A stretch of DNA of 40,956 nucleotides from Anaerolineae bacterium (GTDB taxonomy: Bacteria; Chloroflexota; Anaerolineae; B4-G1; SLSP01), in contig JBNGDU010000113.1 in the NCBI GenBank assembly GCA_049975025.1, positions 1 through 40,956 of the forward strand. Direction: 5' to 3'. Numbering within the stretch: position 1 is the first letter of the stretch; each line of letters begins with the position of its first letter. The position numbers were made by a program, and so were the translations under genes. Positions 1 to 10,113 of the stretch are shown here, piece by piece. The notes beneath the pieces are model-generated. The model saw only the letters and a list, made by a program, of their open reading frames with translations. It did not search any database and was not told where the DNA came from.

Positions 1-11
1 TCCGTGCTCAG

Positions 12-33
12 GCCGCCCCGAGGACGGGGCTTT
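12..33 (+). terminator. weak hairpin plus TTT, possible terminator of a gene upstream of the window
   Basis: gccccg (15-20), loop agga, cggggc (25-30), followed by ttt. The stem is only 6 bp and the U-tract is short. Confidence 0.3.
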
Positions 34-170
34 GAGCCTTAAATGCGATTGCCCTGAGCGCAGTCGTTGTTCAGTGGTTCGAAAAAAACGTGGGGATCGG
101 CACGAGATCGAGCAGAACTCCTGTGTCTCAACCACGTGGAAATCGGGGATGCTTAAGGCCTGGAAAACGC

Positions 171-176
171 TATAAT
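171..176 (+). promoter_or_regulatory. candidate -10 box (TATAAT) upstream of galT
   Basis: Perfect TATAAT in a GC-rich intergenic region, about 135 nt upstream of the galT ATG. No convincing -35 element at 17 bp. Confidence 0.3.
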
Positions 177-287
177 GGTGCTATCGAAATGACGCGAGCT
201 CGCTTCCTGCGTGGATGGCCTGCGCAGTGACGACCCGGGTCGTTGATGCCCAGTTGATTGCTGTGTAGAGAGTAGCAGCGGACCTAG

Positions 288-1364
<1,077 letters not shown>

Positions 1365-1419
1365 GCGGACGCACACGGAATCATGACGTCCTCGGGATCC
1401 AGGGATATGAGGAGGCCTG

Positions 1420-2127
1420 ATGGCTGAGAAGATTCTCGTCGTCGAAGACGAGTTGGTGTTGCGTGAGACCCTTACCTACAACTTGCGCAAGCAGGGCTAC
1501 GAGGTAGATGCCGTTGCCGATGGCAACCAGGCGGTTGAGATCACCCAGGAGGATCCGCCGGACCTGATCCTGTTGGATGTTATGCTGCCCGGGATCGATG
1601 GATTCGAGGTTTGTCGCATTCTGCGCCAGGATCTGAATGTACCTATCATTATGTTGACCGCCCGTGATGACGAGGTGGACAAAGTGGTAGGTTTGGAGGT
1701 GGGCGCCGACGACTATCTCACAAAGCCCTTCAGCATGCGGGAACTGTTAGCCCGGGTCAAAGCGCAGTTGCGGCGTATCCGGCTGCTGCGGGAGGAGTTC
1801 GCCAGCGAGGCGGAGGAAGCGTCGGATGAGTTGTTGCGCTTTGACAATCTCAAACTCGACCTGGAACGCCGCGAGGTCACGCTTGATGGTGAGTTGCTGG
1901 CGCTTAAGCCAAAGGAGTACGATCTCCTTGTCTACCTGGCCCAGCACGAAGGACGCGTGCTGTCGCGGGATCAGCTTCTGGAGGAGGTTTGGGGATGGGA
2001 CTACACCGGCGGCAGCCGGACCGTCGACGTCCACATTCGGTGGCTTCGGGAGAAGATTGAGTCTGAACCGGCAAACCCCACGCGCATTGTTACCCTTCGC
2101 GGAGCCGGCTATCGCTTTGAGGGATGA
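1420..2127 (+). CDS. OmpR/PhoB-family response regulator (PhoP/PhoB-like)
   Basis: Receiver domain ([25 protein letters not shown]) plus winged-helix output ([18 protein letters not shown]). The stop overlaps the kinase start (ATGA at 2124-2127). Confidence 0.9.
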   Translation: MAEKILVVEDELVLRETLTYNLRKQGYEVDAVADGNQAVEITQEDPPDLILLDVMLPGIDGFEVCRILRQDLNVPIIMLTARDDEVDKVVGLEVGADDYLTKPFSMRELLARVKAQLRRIRLLREEFASEAEEASDELLRFDNLKLDLERREVTLDGELLALKPKEYDLLVYLAQHEGRVLSRDQLLEEVWGWDYTGGSRTVDVHIRWLREKIESEPANPTRIVTLRGAGYRFEG

Positions 2128-3929
2128 GGATGTTTTCCTCGATCTGGTGGCGCATTACGGTCCCCTATACCGTCATCATTCTGGTGACGACCTTGGGGCT
2201 CACGCTTTACCTCTCCTCAGAGGTGCGCCAGGCTCGGCTTGAGGACCTGGAGGGACGACTCATCGATGAGGCACGCCTTCTTTCCACCAGCCTCTACGAG
2301 CCCTTTAGCGCTCAGACCTCCGCCGGCGCGGCGCTGCCCAACGACCTGGCGGGGCGGTGGTCGGAGATTCTCGGACACCGGGTGACGTTGATCGGACCGG
2401 ATGGAACGGTGTTGGGTGAGTCCCACGCTGATCTGGCAGCTATGGACAATCATCTTTTCCGTCCGGAGGTCCAAGAGGCGTTGAGGCAGGGACATGGGAC
2501 CGCGACGCGTTTCAGCCAGACCCTGCGCCAAGACATCATGTACGCGGCTGTCGCCGTGGGGAGCGGAGAGGATCTCGAGGGATTTGTGCGTCTTGCGCTT
2601 CCCCTGAGCGAGATCGAGGCCAATGTCAACCAACTCAGCAGGACGATCATCCTCTCGGGTGCAGTGGTCTCATTTGTGGCCATTGGACTTGCGACCTATG
2701 TCTCTGCTCTGACCATCGGTCCGGTGCGTAGATTGACCGGGGCGGTGGAACGCATGGCTGCCGGTGACTTGAGTAGCCGTCTGTTGCCGACGTCTCGGGA
2801 CGAGGTAGGGCAACTGACGCGGGCCTTTAATCACATGGTCGATCGGCTCAATGAAAAGGTCGCCACGTTGGCGCTGGAGCGCAGCCGCCTTTCCACAGTG
2901 CTAGAGCACATGGCGGATGGGGTCATCATCACCGATGAGACCGGCGTTATCGTGATGATCAATGCAGCAGCGGCTCGCATCCTGCGATATGACGAGGAAA
3001 AAGCCATAGGTCGCCGGTTTGCCCAGGTGGCGCACAGCCACCCGCTTATTGAGCTTTGGAATCGCTGCTACGAGACACGAGAGCAGCAGAACGAGACCGT
3101 GGAGACGATGCTCTATGGGAATTTCCTCCACGCTATTATCACCCCGCTGAAGGGATCCGATCCGCCGCGGTTTCTTGTGATGCTGCAGGATCTCACCCAC
3201 GTTCGCCGGCTGGAGACCATCCGCCGCGACTTCATCAGCAATATCTCCCACGAGCTTCGCACGCCGCTGGCTTCGCTCTCTCTGGTCGTGGAGACGCTGC
3301 GGGACGGTGCTATCGAGGATCCCCCGGCTGCACGTCGTTTCCTGAGCCATATGCAGAGTGAACTGGCCTCGATCACGCAGATGGTGGAGGAGTTGCTGGA
3401 GCTCTCGCGCATCGAGTCGGGGCGGGTGCCCTTGTCCTTCACAGCCACCGATATCGAGGAACTCGTCAGCAAGCCGGTTCAGCGGCTCCAGCCTCAAGCT
3501 GAGCGGAAGGGCATCGACCTAAGCGTCTCCTTGCCGGAGAATCTGCCTCGCGTCCGCGCGGATGCCACGCGCATCCAGCAGGTCGTCACCAACCTGGTTC
3601 ATAATGCGATCAAATTCACGTCCTCTGGTGGTGCGGTGACCGTCTTCGCGCGTCCAGGCGACGGAGCCGGCGAGGATGGGGAGACCGCCACCAATCGGTA
3701 CGTCGTGATCGGGGTGACGGACACCGGCATTGGCATACCCGAGGAGGATCTCTCGCGCATCTTTGAGCGCTTCTACAAGACCGACCGTGCCCGTACTCAG
3801 GAGGGCACCGGCTTAGGGTTGGCCATTGCCAAGCATATCGTGCAGGGTCATAAGGGGCATATCTGGGTTGAGAGCATCGAGGGCATAGGCAGCACCTTCT
3901 ACTTCTCGCTTCCCTTTGCAGATCGCTGA
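2124..3929 (+). CDS. sensor histidine kinase, PhoR-like (TM - extracytoplasmic domain - TM - HAMP - PAS - HisKA - HATPase)
   Basis: 601 aa. Two hydrophobic segments flank a loop of about 130 aa. HAMP ([18 protein letters not shown]), PAS ([15 protein letters not shown]), H-box [13 protein letters not shown]-box [11 protein letters not shown]-boxes DTGIGIP and GTGLGLAI. The PhoR assignment comes only from genomic context. Confidence 0.8.
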   Translation: MRMFSSIWWRITVPYTVIILVTTLGLTLYLSSEVRQARLEDLEGRLIDEARLLSTSLYEPFSAQTSAGAALPNDLAGRWSEILGHRVTLIGPDGTVLGESHADLAAMDNHLFRPEVQEALRQGHGTATRFSQTLRQDIMYAAVAVGSGEDLEGFVRLALPLSEIEANVNQLSRTIILSGAVVSFVAIGLATYVSALTIGPVRRLTGAVERMAAGDLSSRLLPTSRDEVGQLTRAFNHMVDRLNEKVATLALERSRLSTVLEHMADGVIITDETGVIVMINAAAARILRYDEEKAIGRRFAQVAHSHPLIELWNRCYETREQQNETVETMLYGNFLHAIITPLKGSDPPRFLVMLQDLTHVRRLETIRRDFISNISHELRTPLASLSLVVETLRDGAIEDPPAARRFLSHMQSELASITQMVEELLELSRIESGRVPLSFTATDIEELVSKPVQRLQPQAERKGIDLSVSLPENLPRVRADATRIQQVVTNLVHNAIKFTSSGGAVTVFARPGDGAGEDGETATNRYVVIGVTDTGIGIPEEDLSRIFERFYKTDRARTQEGTGLGLAIAKHIVQGHKGHIWVESIEGIGSTFYFSLPFADR

Positions 3930-4007
3930 ACAGGTCGCCGGCTGTGTGCCGTGAGCTACACCGTATACACGCCGCTGCATCAGATTTGGCATGGGTGCGG
4001 CGGCGTG

Positions 4008-4050
4008 CTGATATGCCGATAAGCTAGGTCGGCTACGGAGCTTATATCAG
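4008..4050. terminator. inverted repeat in the convergent gap between kinase and glycosyltransferase (possible bidirectional terminator)
   Basis: ctgat/atcag outer arms and ataagct/agcttat inner arms (4019-4025 pairs with 4039-4045), with a 6-nt bulge. It overlaps the glycosyltransferase stop codon. No U-tract. Confidence 0.3.
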
Positions 4051-5160
4051 CCGAGCGTATTGCTCCAACAAGGCGTCCAGGATCATGTCCCAACTTTGTG
4101 TCTCCGCATAAGAGCGAGCGGCGCCTTTCATCCTCTCTAGGCTCTCCTCATCCGTGATACAGCGCCAGGCCAGGGCTACGAAGTCCGCCGGATCCGAAGG
4201 ATCACTCAGATATCCGTTGTAGCCGTGTTGGACGTGATCGACGGGGCCACCGGTGCCCGCCGCTACCACGGGTAATCCGGAGGCCATGGCTTCCAAGACA
4301 ACGTTTCCAAAGGTCTCGGTGTTAGAAGGAAAGACGAAGAGATCCGCGGTAGCATAGACGCGTGCGAGCGCCTCTCCCTCCAGGAACCCCGTGAAGATCG
4401 TGCGGGTGCCCGCGAACTGATCCTCGAGTTCTTCCCGGATAGGACCATCCCCCACAACGGCTAGGTGCGCTTCCGGCAGCACGTCGAGGAGGGGCCTGAT
4501 CCAGTGGATGCGCTTCTCCATCGCCAGACGTCCCACGTAGAGAAGCAAGGGGCGCCGGGGGTGACCGTTTGTCAGCCGACGTCGAAGTTGACCGCAGCGA
4601 CGCTCGGGATGAAAGCGTCGTGTGTCGACGCCACGCCCCCAGACGGCAACCCGTTCAAAGCCATGCGCTTCCAGCTCGGCCTTAGTGAACTTCGAAGGAC
4701 AGAGATTGAGGTCCGCCTGATTGTGCAACCATCTGAAGTAGGACCAGATGGGATCCTCCAGCAAGCGCATGCCGTAATGACGAGCGTAGCCGGGGAGATC
4801 GGTATGGTAGGACGCCACCACCGGCACACCCATATCGCGCGCCTGATGCATACCTACGACGCCTAGAGAGGCCAGATTGACGAGGTGCACCACATCAGGT
4901 CTGAAAGCCTCTAATTCCTCCGCGACGTCGACGATCGGGGGCACGAGCTTCAGGTCCTTGTAGAACGGGAAGGTGATGCTCGGCAACCCGATGATCCGGG
5001 TGCCGGCGTAGCTTGTCGGCGCCCCTTCCGGTGCAAACATAAGACTGGCGTGTCCTCGTTTTTCGAGGTGCTCCAACAGATAGCACAACGTGTTCGCGAT
5101 ACCATCCCACTTCGGCAGGAAGGTCTCTGTGAAGATAGCAATTCGCATCGGCTTGCTCAT
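4042..5160 (-). CDS. GT4-family glycosyltransferase, SqdX/SQD2-like (putative glycolipid synthase)
   Basis: N-terminus MRIAIFTETFLPKWDGIANTL resembles SqdX/SQD2-type GT4 enzymes. C-terminal EX7E region FPSNTETFGNVVLEAMASGLPVV. The ATG at 5160 has a GGGAGA SD. The ORF track extends to a TTG at 5211; an alternative ATG lies at 5148. Confidence 0.75.
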   Translation of the reverse strand: MSKPMRIAIFTETFLPKWDGIANTLCYLLEHLEKRGHASLMFAPEGAPTSYAGTRIIGLPSITFPFYKDLKLVPPIVDVAEELEAFRPDVVHLVNLASLGVVGMHQARDMGVPVVASYHTDLPGYARHYGMRLLEDPIWSYFRWLHNQADLNLCPSKFTKAELEAHGFERVAVWGRGVDTRRFHPERRCGQLRRRLTNGHPRRPLLLYVGRLAMEKRIHWIRPLLDVLPEAHLAVVGDGPIREELEDQFAGTRTIFTGFLEGEALARVYATADLFVFPSNTETFGNVVLEAMASGLPVVAAGTGGPVDHVQHGYNGYLSDPSDPADFVALAWRCITDEESLERMKGAARSYAETQSWDMILDALLEQYARLI

Positions 5161-5218
5161 GGCAGGTCTCCCGGGTGTCTCATCAGCTGTAGTATGGTTC
5201 ACGTTTGTCAACCCCGCT

Positions 5219-5300
5219 TTAAACTCAGGTTAAGAACTGGTAAACGCCAGCCTCTCGGATCTGTTAACAACATGTTAACAGTCCGGTAAACGGTTGTTAA
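5219..5300. promoter_or_regulatory. array of 11-bp-phased TTAAC/GTAAAC repeats (Pho-box-like) in a divergent promoter region
   Basis: TAA cores at 5220, 5231, 5241, 5265, 5276, 5287 and 5298. Units are tttaaac, gttaaga, ggtaaac, tgttaaca, tgttaaca, ggtaaac, tgttaat. The island is AT-rich within a GC-rich genome. Confidence 0.6.
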
Positions 5301-5521
5301 TCCCTCCTTGCTATCCTAATGAAGGCGATGCTTGTTGCAAGTCCGTTAACACGGACGGTCATCGCAGTCTCTATCCCCTTTCTGTACCCAATGATGGGGA
5401 GGCCTATGCTAAACAGGTTCCGAAACACCCTAGAGGTGATTGAGTATCTTGATCCAACAGGTCTGGTCAATTATCTCAAGATCCCCTTTGGAAGCAAGAG
5501 CCCTTTCCGCGCCGGTGACTG

Positions 5522-6724
5522 ATGCGCACGCCTAAGCTCAATCTGGTGCTGTTCGGTTTCTACGCGCTGGCGACGATCGGTTTTCTGATCGGCTCACTGG
5601 TCTCGCCATCGGTGCGCTCTATCGCTTACGCGCCGCTACGCGATCTGATCCTCCCTCCTCCTAAGCCGGTCGTTCTGTCGGTGCTCTACTCGACCGAGAA
5701 GGCGCAGTGGATCGAGGAAGCCGTGCGGCGCTTCGAGCAGAGCTGCGCCAGCGTCGGGGGGCGCCCCATTGAGGTCGAGCTATCGGCCTCTGGCTCACGT
5801 GAGATGTACCTTGCGATTCTGGATGGTGAGGCGAAGCCCGATATGATCAGCCCGGCCAGCATGCTGCAGATCGCGCTGCTGGAGGATCTCTCTGCCAGCA
5901 AGTTCGGTTCTCCGGTGGTCAATCCGGCCGAAGAGAGTATCTGCCGCCCGGTGCTGACCTCGCCGGTTGTTTTGGTCGCGTGGCAGGAGCGGGCCGATGT
6001 GCTCTGGGGAGAGGATCCCAACGGTCGGATGTGGCTTCGCTTGCAGGAGGCCCTGACCGACCCCCGAGGTTGGGGGGCCTACGGGCGGTCCGAATGGGGA
6101 TACATCAAGTTTGGCCACACCAATCCGCTGAAGTCCAACAGCGGATTCCAGACTATTTTGCTGATGACCTACAACTACTTCGGCAAGACCAGGGGGCTCA
6201 CAGCGTCGGCTATCCTGTCGGACGAGGCGTATCAAACTTGGTTTACCGCGTTCGAGAACACGATCTCGAAGTTCGGTGACAGCACCGGAACCTATATGAA
6301 CGAGATCATCTCCTACGGCCCCAGCGTCTATGACCTGGTCACAGTCTACGAGGCGACCGCCATTGGCCAGATCGAGAACGCGCAGGGCAGGTACGGCGAG
6401 CTCCGCATCTACTATCCTCCGGCCACGTCACTCAGCGACCATCCCTTCTGCGTGCTTGATGCGGATTGGATAACCCCGGAGGCGGCCGAGGCCGGGGAGC
6501 TCTTTCTCGACTTCATTACGGGAGAGGAGTTGCAGCAATTGGCCTTGTTGGAGTACGGCTTCCGCCCTGTCCATCCCAGCGTCGCCATAGACCAATCCGG
6601 AAGTCCGTTCCTTAGATACATCGACAACGGGGTTCAGCTTCAGATCCCACCTCAGGTTGAGGTACCGGAGGGCAATGTACTCAACACCTTGTTGGAATTC
6701 TGGGCGAGAAATATCGAGCGCTGA
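5522..6724 (+). CDS. membrane-anchored periplasmic-binding-protein-like protein (oxyanion SBP-like), paralog of the N-terminal part of the next gene
   Basis: 400 aa. N-terminal signal anchor LVLFGFYALATIGFLIGSLV. Aligns by eye along its length with 6829-8505 (SEK..W, SPAS, SPVV, KFGHTNPLKSNSG, YGFRP). Confidence 0.6.
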   Translation: MRTPKLNLVLFGFYALATIGFLIGSLVSPSVRSIAYAPLRDLILPPPKPVVLSVLYSTEKAQWIEEAVRRFEQSCASVGGRPIEVELSASGSREMYLAILDGEAKPDMISPASMLQIALLEDLSASKFGSPVVNPAEESICRPVLTSPVVLVAWQERADVLWGEDPNGRMWLRLQEALTDPRGWGAYGRSEWGYIKFGHTNPLKSNSGFQTILLMTYNYFGKTRGLTASAILSDEAYQTWFTAFENTISKFGDSTGTYMNEIISYGPSVYDLVTVYEATAIGQIENAQGRYGELRIYYPPATSLSDHPFCVLDADWITPEAAEAGELFLDFITGEELQQLALLEYGFRPVHPSVAIDQSGSPFLRYIDNGVQLQIPPQVEVPEGNVLNTLLEFWARNIER

Positions 6725-6828
6725 TATGTGTGTTGCGCCTGTCGTGGTCAGATCGTGGGGCTTGCGATAGCGCCTTCTACACAGTGTACAAAGCTAAGCA
6801 ATGTAGCATCGCAATGCGAGGAGAGGCA

Positions 6829-8505
6829 ATGAACCGTCGAATATGTTGGTTGTCCGCATCTGTCCTGCTGCTCTCAATTCTATTGGGCGCGTGTCAAACC
6901 GGTGGACTTCTGCCGGTTGGCAAGAAGGTCGTCGTCACGATCTACTATGGTTCCGAGAAGCGGGCGTGGCTGGAGCCCCTCGTCGAGGAATACAATGCGC
7001 AGAAGAACAAGACCGAGGCGGGATCGACCATCGTGATTGAGGCGGTGCCGATGGGATCCATAGAGTCCGGTGATGCCATCGTCGAGGAACGCATCCAGCC
7101 TACAGTTTGGAGCCCGGCATCCTCGGCCTATGTGCCTGTTGCCAACGCCAATTGGGTCGACAAACACGGCGAGGCTCTGGTCGTGGGCACGTCGAATGAC
7201 CTTGTCCTCAGCCCGGTCGTCATCGCGATGTGGAAGCCGATGGCCGAGGCTCTTGGCTGGCCCGACGAGTCCATAGGTTGGTCGGACATCGCGGAGCTGG
7301 CGGTCTCCGATGAGGGATGGGCGGGCTACGGCTATCCGGAGTGGGGTACGTTCAAGTTCGGCCATACCGCGCCCAACCGTAGCAACAGTGGGATCATATC
7401 CGTGATCGCAGAGGCCTACGCCGGCGCAGGGAAGCAGCGCGACTTGACGATGACGGATCTCCAGGATGAGGACGTGAAGTCCTTTATGAGCACGGTTGAG
7501 AGCGCTATTATCCACTACGGGTCGAGCACGGGTTTCTTCGCGACCCGCATGTTCGAGCGAGGCCCCTCGTATCTCAGCGCCGCGGTGATGTACGAGAATC
7601 TCGTGGCGGCTCAGGAGGCCAAGAGGTTGAGTGGTGAGAGCTCGCAGTTGCCTGTCGTCGCCATCTACCCCAAAGAGGGCACCTTCTGGAGCAACCATCC
7701 TTACATTACCCTCAATGCGCCCTGGGTGACCGACGAGCAGCGAGAGGCCGCGGGGATGTTTGAGGAGTTCTTGCTAGCCGAGCCTCAGCAACTCCGGTCG
7801 ATCGAGTACGGTTTCCGGCCCGCCGATCCGGCGGTGCCGTTGACCTCCCCCCTGGACCTGCGGCATGGCGTCGATCCGCAGCAGCCTCAGACGGTGTTGG
7901 AGGTGCCCTCCGCTGAGGTCGTTGAGGGTATCCTGGACCTCTGGCGGCGCGAGGCCAAGAAGCCGGTGGATCTTGTCGTCGTGATGGATGTCTCCGGCAG
8001 TATGGAAGGGGAGAAGATCAACTCGGCGCGCAGCAGCCTAATTGAGTTTATCAATCTGCTCGATGATCGCGATCGCCTGCAGATCATCCTCTTCAGCGAT
8101 GAACTTATCACGTTGACCCCCTTATCACGGCTAGGGGATAAGCGGGAGGACGTCCTGCGTCGTGTGTCCGGTGTCATAGAGGGCGGGGACACCCGCCTCT
8201 ACGATGCGATTCAGATGGCTTACGACGAGCTGCAGCAAGAGGGGGATCGCGATCACATCCGCGCGATCGTGGCTTTGACCGACGGCAACGACACCGCATC
8301 CACGCTTGGCCTCGACGCGCTGATCGACAGCGTCGGCGATCTCAGTGAGGGGGGGAACGCCACGAAGGTCTTCACCATCGCCTTCGGCAACAATGCGGAC
8401 GAGGGAATACTGGAACAGATCGCTGAAGTCACCGGTGCCAAGCAGTATGAAAGTGATCCCGACACCATTCGCAGTGTCTACGCAGATATCGCGACCTTCT
8501 TCTGA
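6829..8505 (+). CDS. lipoprotein with SBP-like domain fused to a von Willebrand factor A (vWA) domain
   Basis: The ATG at 6829 is preceded by gaggagagg. Signal plus lipobox LLSILLGAC. SBP-like region with KFGHTAPNRSNSG. vWA MIDAS DVSGSM and TDGNDT. The ORF-track start at 6730 is judged spurious. Confidence 0.75.
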   Translation: MNRRICWLSASVLLLSILLGACQTGGLLPVGKKVVVTIYYGSEKRAWLEPLVEEYNAQKNKTEAGSTIVIEAVPMGSIESGDAIVEERIQPTVWSPASSAYVPVANANWVDKHGEALVVGTSNDLVLSPVVIAMWKPMAEALGWPDESIGWSDIAELAVSDEGWAGYGYPEWGTFKFGHTAPNRSNSGIISVIAEAYAGAGKQRDLTMTDLQDEDVKSFMSTVESAIIHYGSSTGFFATRMFERGPSYLSAAVMYENLVAAQEAKRLSGESSQLPVVAIYPKEGTFWSNHPYITLNAPWVTDEQREAAGMFEEFLLAEPQQLRSIEYGFRPADPAVPLTSPLDLRHGVDPQQPQTVLEVPSAEVVEGILDLWRREAKKPVDLVVVMDVSGSMEGEKINSARSSLIEFINLLDDRDRLQIILFSDELITLTPLSRLGDKREDVLRRVSGVIEGGDTRLYDAIQMAYDELQQEGDRDHIRAIVALTDGNDTASTLGLDALIDSVGDLSEGGNATKVFTIAFGNNADEGILEQIAEVTGAKQYESDPDTIRSVYADIATFF

Positions 8506-8600
8506 TGACTGCCATGTTGCGGACAGGCACACCTCGAGTTCTGGAGGGCCTAGATGGCCGAAACGATCGATTTGACGGAGTACCTGGTGCGGAGTGAGAG

Positions 8601-9320
8601 ATGCGTTCACCATTTCTGACGGCGCTGATCCATCCGCTCAATATTCTGATGATCGGACTGGCGGTTTTTGCCGGGCTCATCTCGGCCTGGTGGCTCTTCC
8701 CAGTGGGGATCGTTTTCTGGATCATTATGGTGGTGACGGTCTCTCGGGACCGGGCCTTGCGCTTCAACGCCCAGATGCAGCGTCGTGAGCCATTGGCCCA
8801 GCGTTTCCAGCGTTACTTTGACCGCATCGAGCGTGCACAGGTGAGTATCTTCAACACGTTGGCTGCCGCGCCACCCCGCACGCGCCGAGCTCTGGAGCCC
8901 ATCCAGGGCGAGGTTGATCGCCTGACCCGTGAGACCTACGCGCTCTGTCAGAGGATGACCTCCTTGGAGAACTACCGGATCGTCTCCCAGTCCCAGACCG
9001 ACCTATCTAGCGACCTGGACCATATCAATCAGCTCATCGAGCAGACCGAGGATCCACAACTGCGACAGGATTACATAGAGTCACGCCAGGCTCTCCAGGA
9101 GCGATTGGCAAAGCTGGATGGCGTGGGAACGCAACTGGATCGCGTGGAGGCCCAGCTACTCAGCCTGGCGAACGAGATGGACGGCGTGGTTACGGAGATC
9201 GTACGGTTACAAGCTGCCGGCCCGGAGAACGCCGAGACCTTTGTGCCAGAGATCGTTAAGCGACTGCAGCAGGAGTCGGAGCAGTTGTGTGTCTTTGAGC
9301 AGCAAGCTGTAAGACTCTGA
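8601..9320 (+). CDS. hypothetical membrane protein (two N-terminal TM helices plus long coiled-coil domain)
   Basis: 239 aa. TM segments LNILMIGLAVFAGLISAWWLF and VGIVFWIIMVVTV. The remainder is heptad-like and Q/E/R/L-rich. SD ggagtgagag precedes the ATG. Confidence 0.55.
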   Translation: MRSPFLTALIHPLNILMIGLAVFAGLISAWWLFPVGIVFWIIMVVTVSRDRALRFNAQMQRREPLAQRFQRYFDRIERAQVSIFNTLAAAPPRTRRALEPIQGEVDRLTRETYALCQRMTSLENYRIVSQSQTDLSSDLDHINQLIEQTEDPQLRQDYIESRQALQERLAKLDGVGTQLDRVEAQLLSLANEMDGVVTEIVRLQAAGPENAETFVPEIVKRLQQESEQLCVFEQQAVRL

Positions 9321-9383
9321 GTTGGCTGGTGCGGGGAGTGTGAGATCTGCTGAGGGGGTCTAGGTTTGGAATCGCGGGCGGAT

Positions 9384-10091
9384 ATGAGCGAGAGAATACT
9401 GGTGGTTGAGGACGATCTCGTGTTGCGTGAGACACTCGAGTATCGGCTCTCTGGCGAGGGCTACGAGGTTTCAATCGCAGGAGATGGGTATCAGGCGTTG
9501 GATGCAGCCCAGCAAGACAGGCCGGACCTGATTCTTCTGGATGTCATGTTGCCAGGCATCGACGGTCTCGAGGTCTGCCGAATCTTGAGGCAAGAGATGA
9601 CGATGCCCATTCTGATGCTCACTGCCCGCACCGACGAGGTGGATCGGGTGGTGGGGCTGGAGATCGGCGCTGATGACTACATCACGAAGCCATTCAGCAT
9701 GCGCGAGCTCCTGGCGCGCATCAAAGCCCAGCTCCGGCGCGTTCGGATCCTCACTGAGGAGATCGATGCCGGTTTACCGCCTGTGGCTTCAGAGCCCTTG
9801 CGCTTCGATGACCTCGTGATCGATCTGAACCGGTGTGAGGTGAGTCTCCGAGACGAGGTGCTACAACTGAAACCGAAGGAGTTTGAGTTACTCGCTTCGC
9901 TGGCGCGCCGCAAGGGACAGGTGCTCTCCCGCGATCAGTTGCTCAAGGCCGTTTGGGGTTGGGAACAGTCTGGACAGAGCCGCACGGTGGACGTTCACAT
10001 CCGATGGTTGCGGGAGAAGATCGAGGAGGACCCCGGAAATCCCCGCCGGATCATCACCGTCCGTGGTATGGGATACCGATTTGATGGATAG
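9384..10091 (+). CDS. orphan OmpR/PhoB-family response regulator, paralog of 1420-2127
   Basis: [43 protein letters not shown]. Roughly two-thirds identical by eye to the first regulator. No adjacent kinase. Sits directly upstream of the pst operon. The ORF track starts at a TTG at 9366. Confidence 0.9.
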   Translation: MSERILVVEDDLVLRETLEYRLSGEGYEVSIAGDGYQALDAAQQDRPDLILLDVMLPGIDGLEVCRILRQEMTMPILMLTARTDEVDRVVGLEIGADDYITKPFSMRELLARIKAQLRRVRILTEEIDAGLPPVASEPLRFDDLVIDLNRCEVSLRDEVLQLKPKEFELLASLARRKGQVLSRDQLLKAVWGWEQSGQSRTVDVHIRWLREKIEEDPGNPRRIITVRGMGYRFDG

Positions 10092-10113
10092 CATGGCATG
10101 CCGGCGGGTCAAT

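Noticed and set aside
3968-4007. 8-bp inverted repeat cacgccgc / gcggcgtg downstream of the PhoR-like kinase, as a terminator
   Set aside because: The 24-nt loop and missing U-tract make it a poor intrinsic terminator. Only the adjacent hairpin at 4008-4050 was listed, and at low confidence.
5319-5522. 67-aa ORF upstream of the first SBP-like gene, whose stop overlaps the next ATG (TGATG at 5520-5524)
   Set aside because: No SD precedes the 5319 ATG and no domain is recognisable. An internal ATG at 5406 does follow ggggagg, so a short coupled leader peptide cannot be excluded. Left as an open question, not called.
6730-6828. 33-aa upstream extension of the SBP-vWA ORF
   Set aside because: The ATG at 6829 is preceded by a good SD and begins a canonical signal peptide and lipobox. 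The extension has no function-like features.
6880-7698. 272-aa ORF antisense to the SBP-vWA gene
   Set aside because: Shadow ORF in high-GC coding sequence. The sense frame has a signal peptide, a paralog match and the vWA MIDAS motifs.
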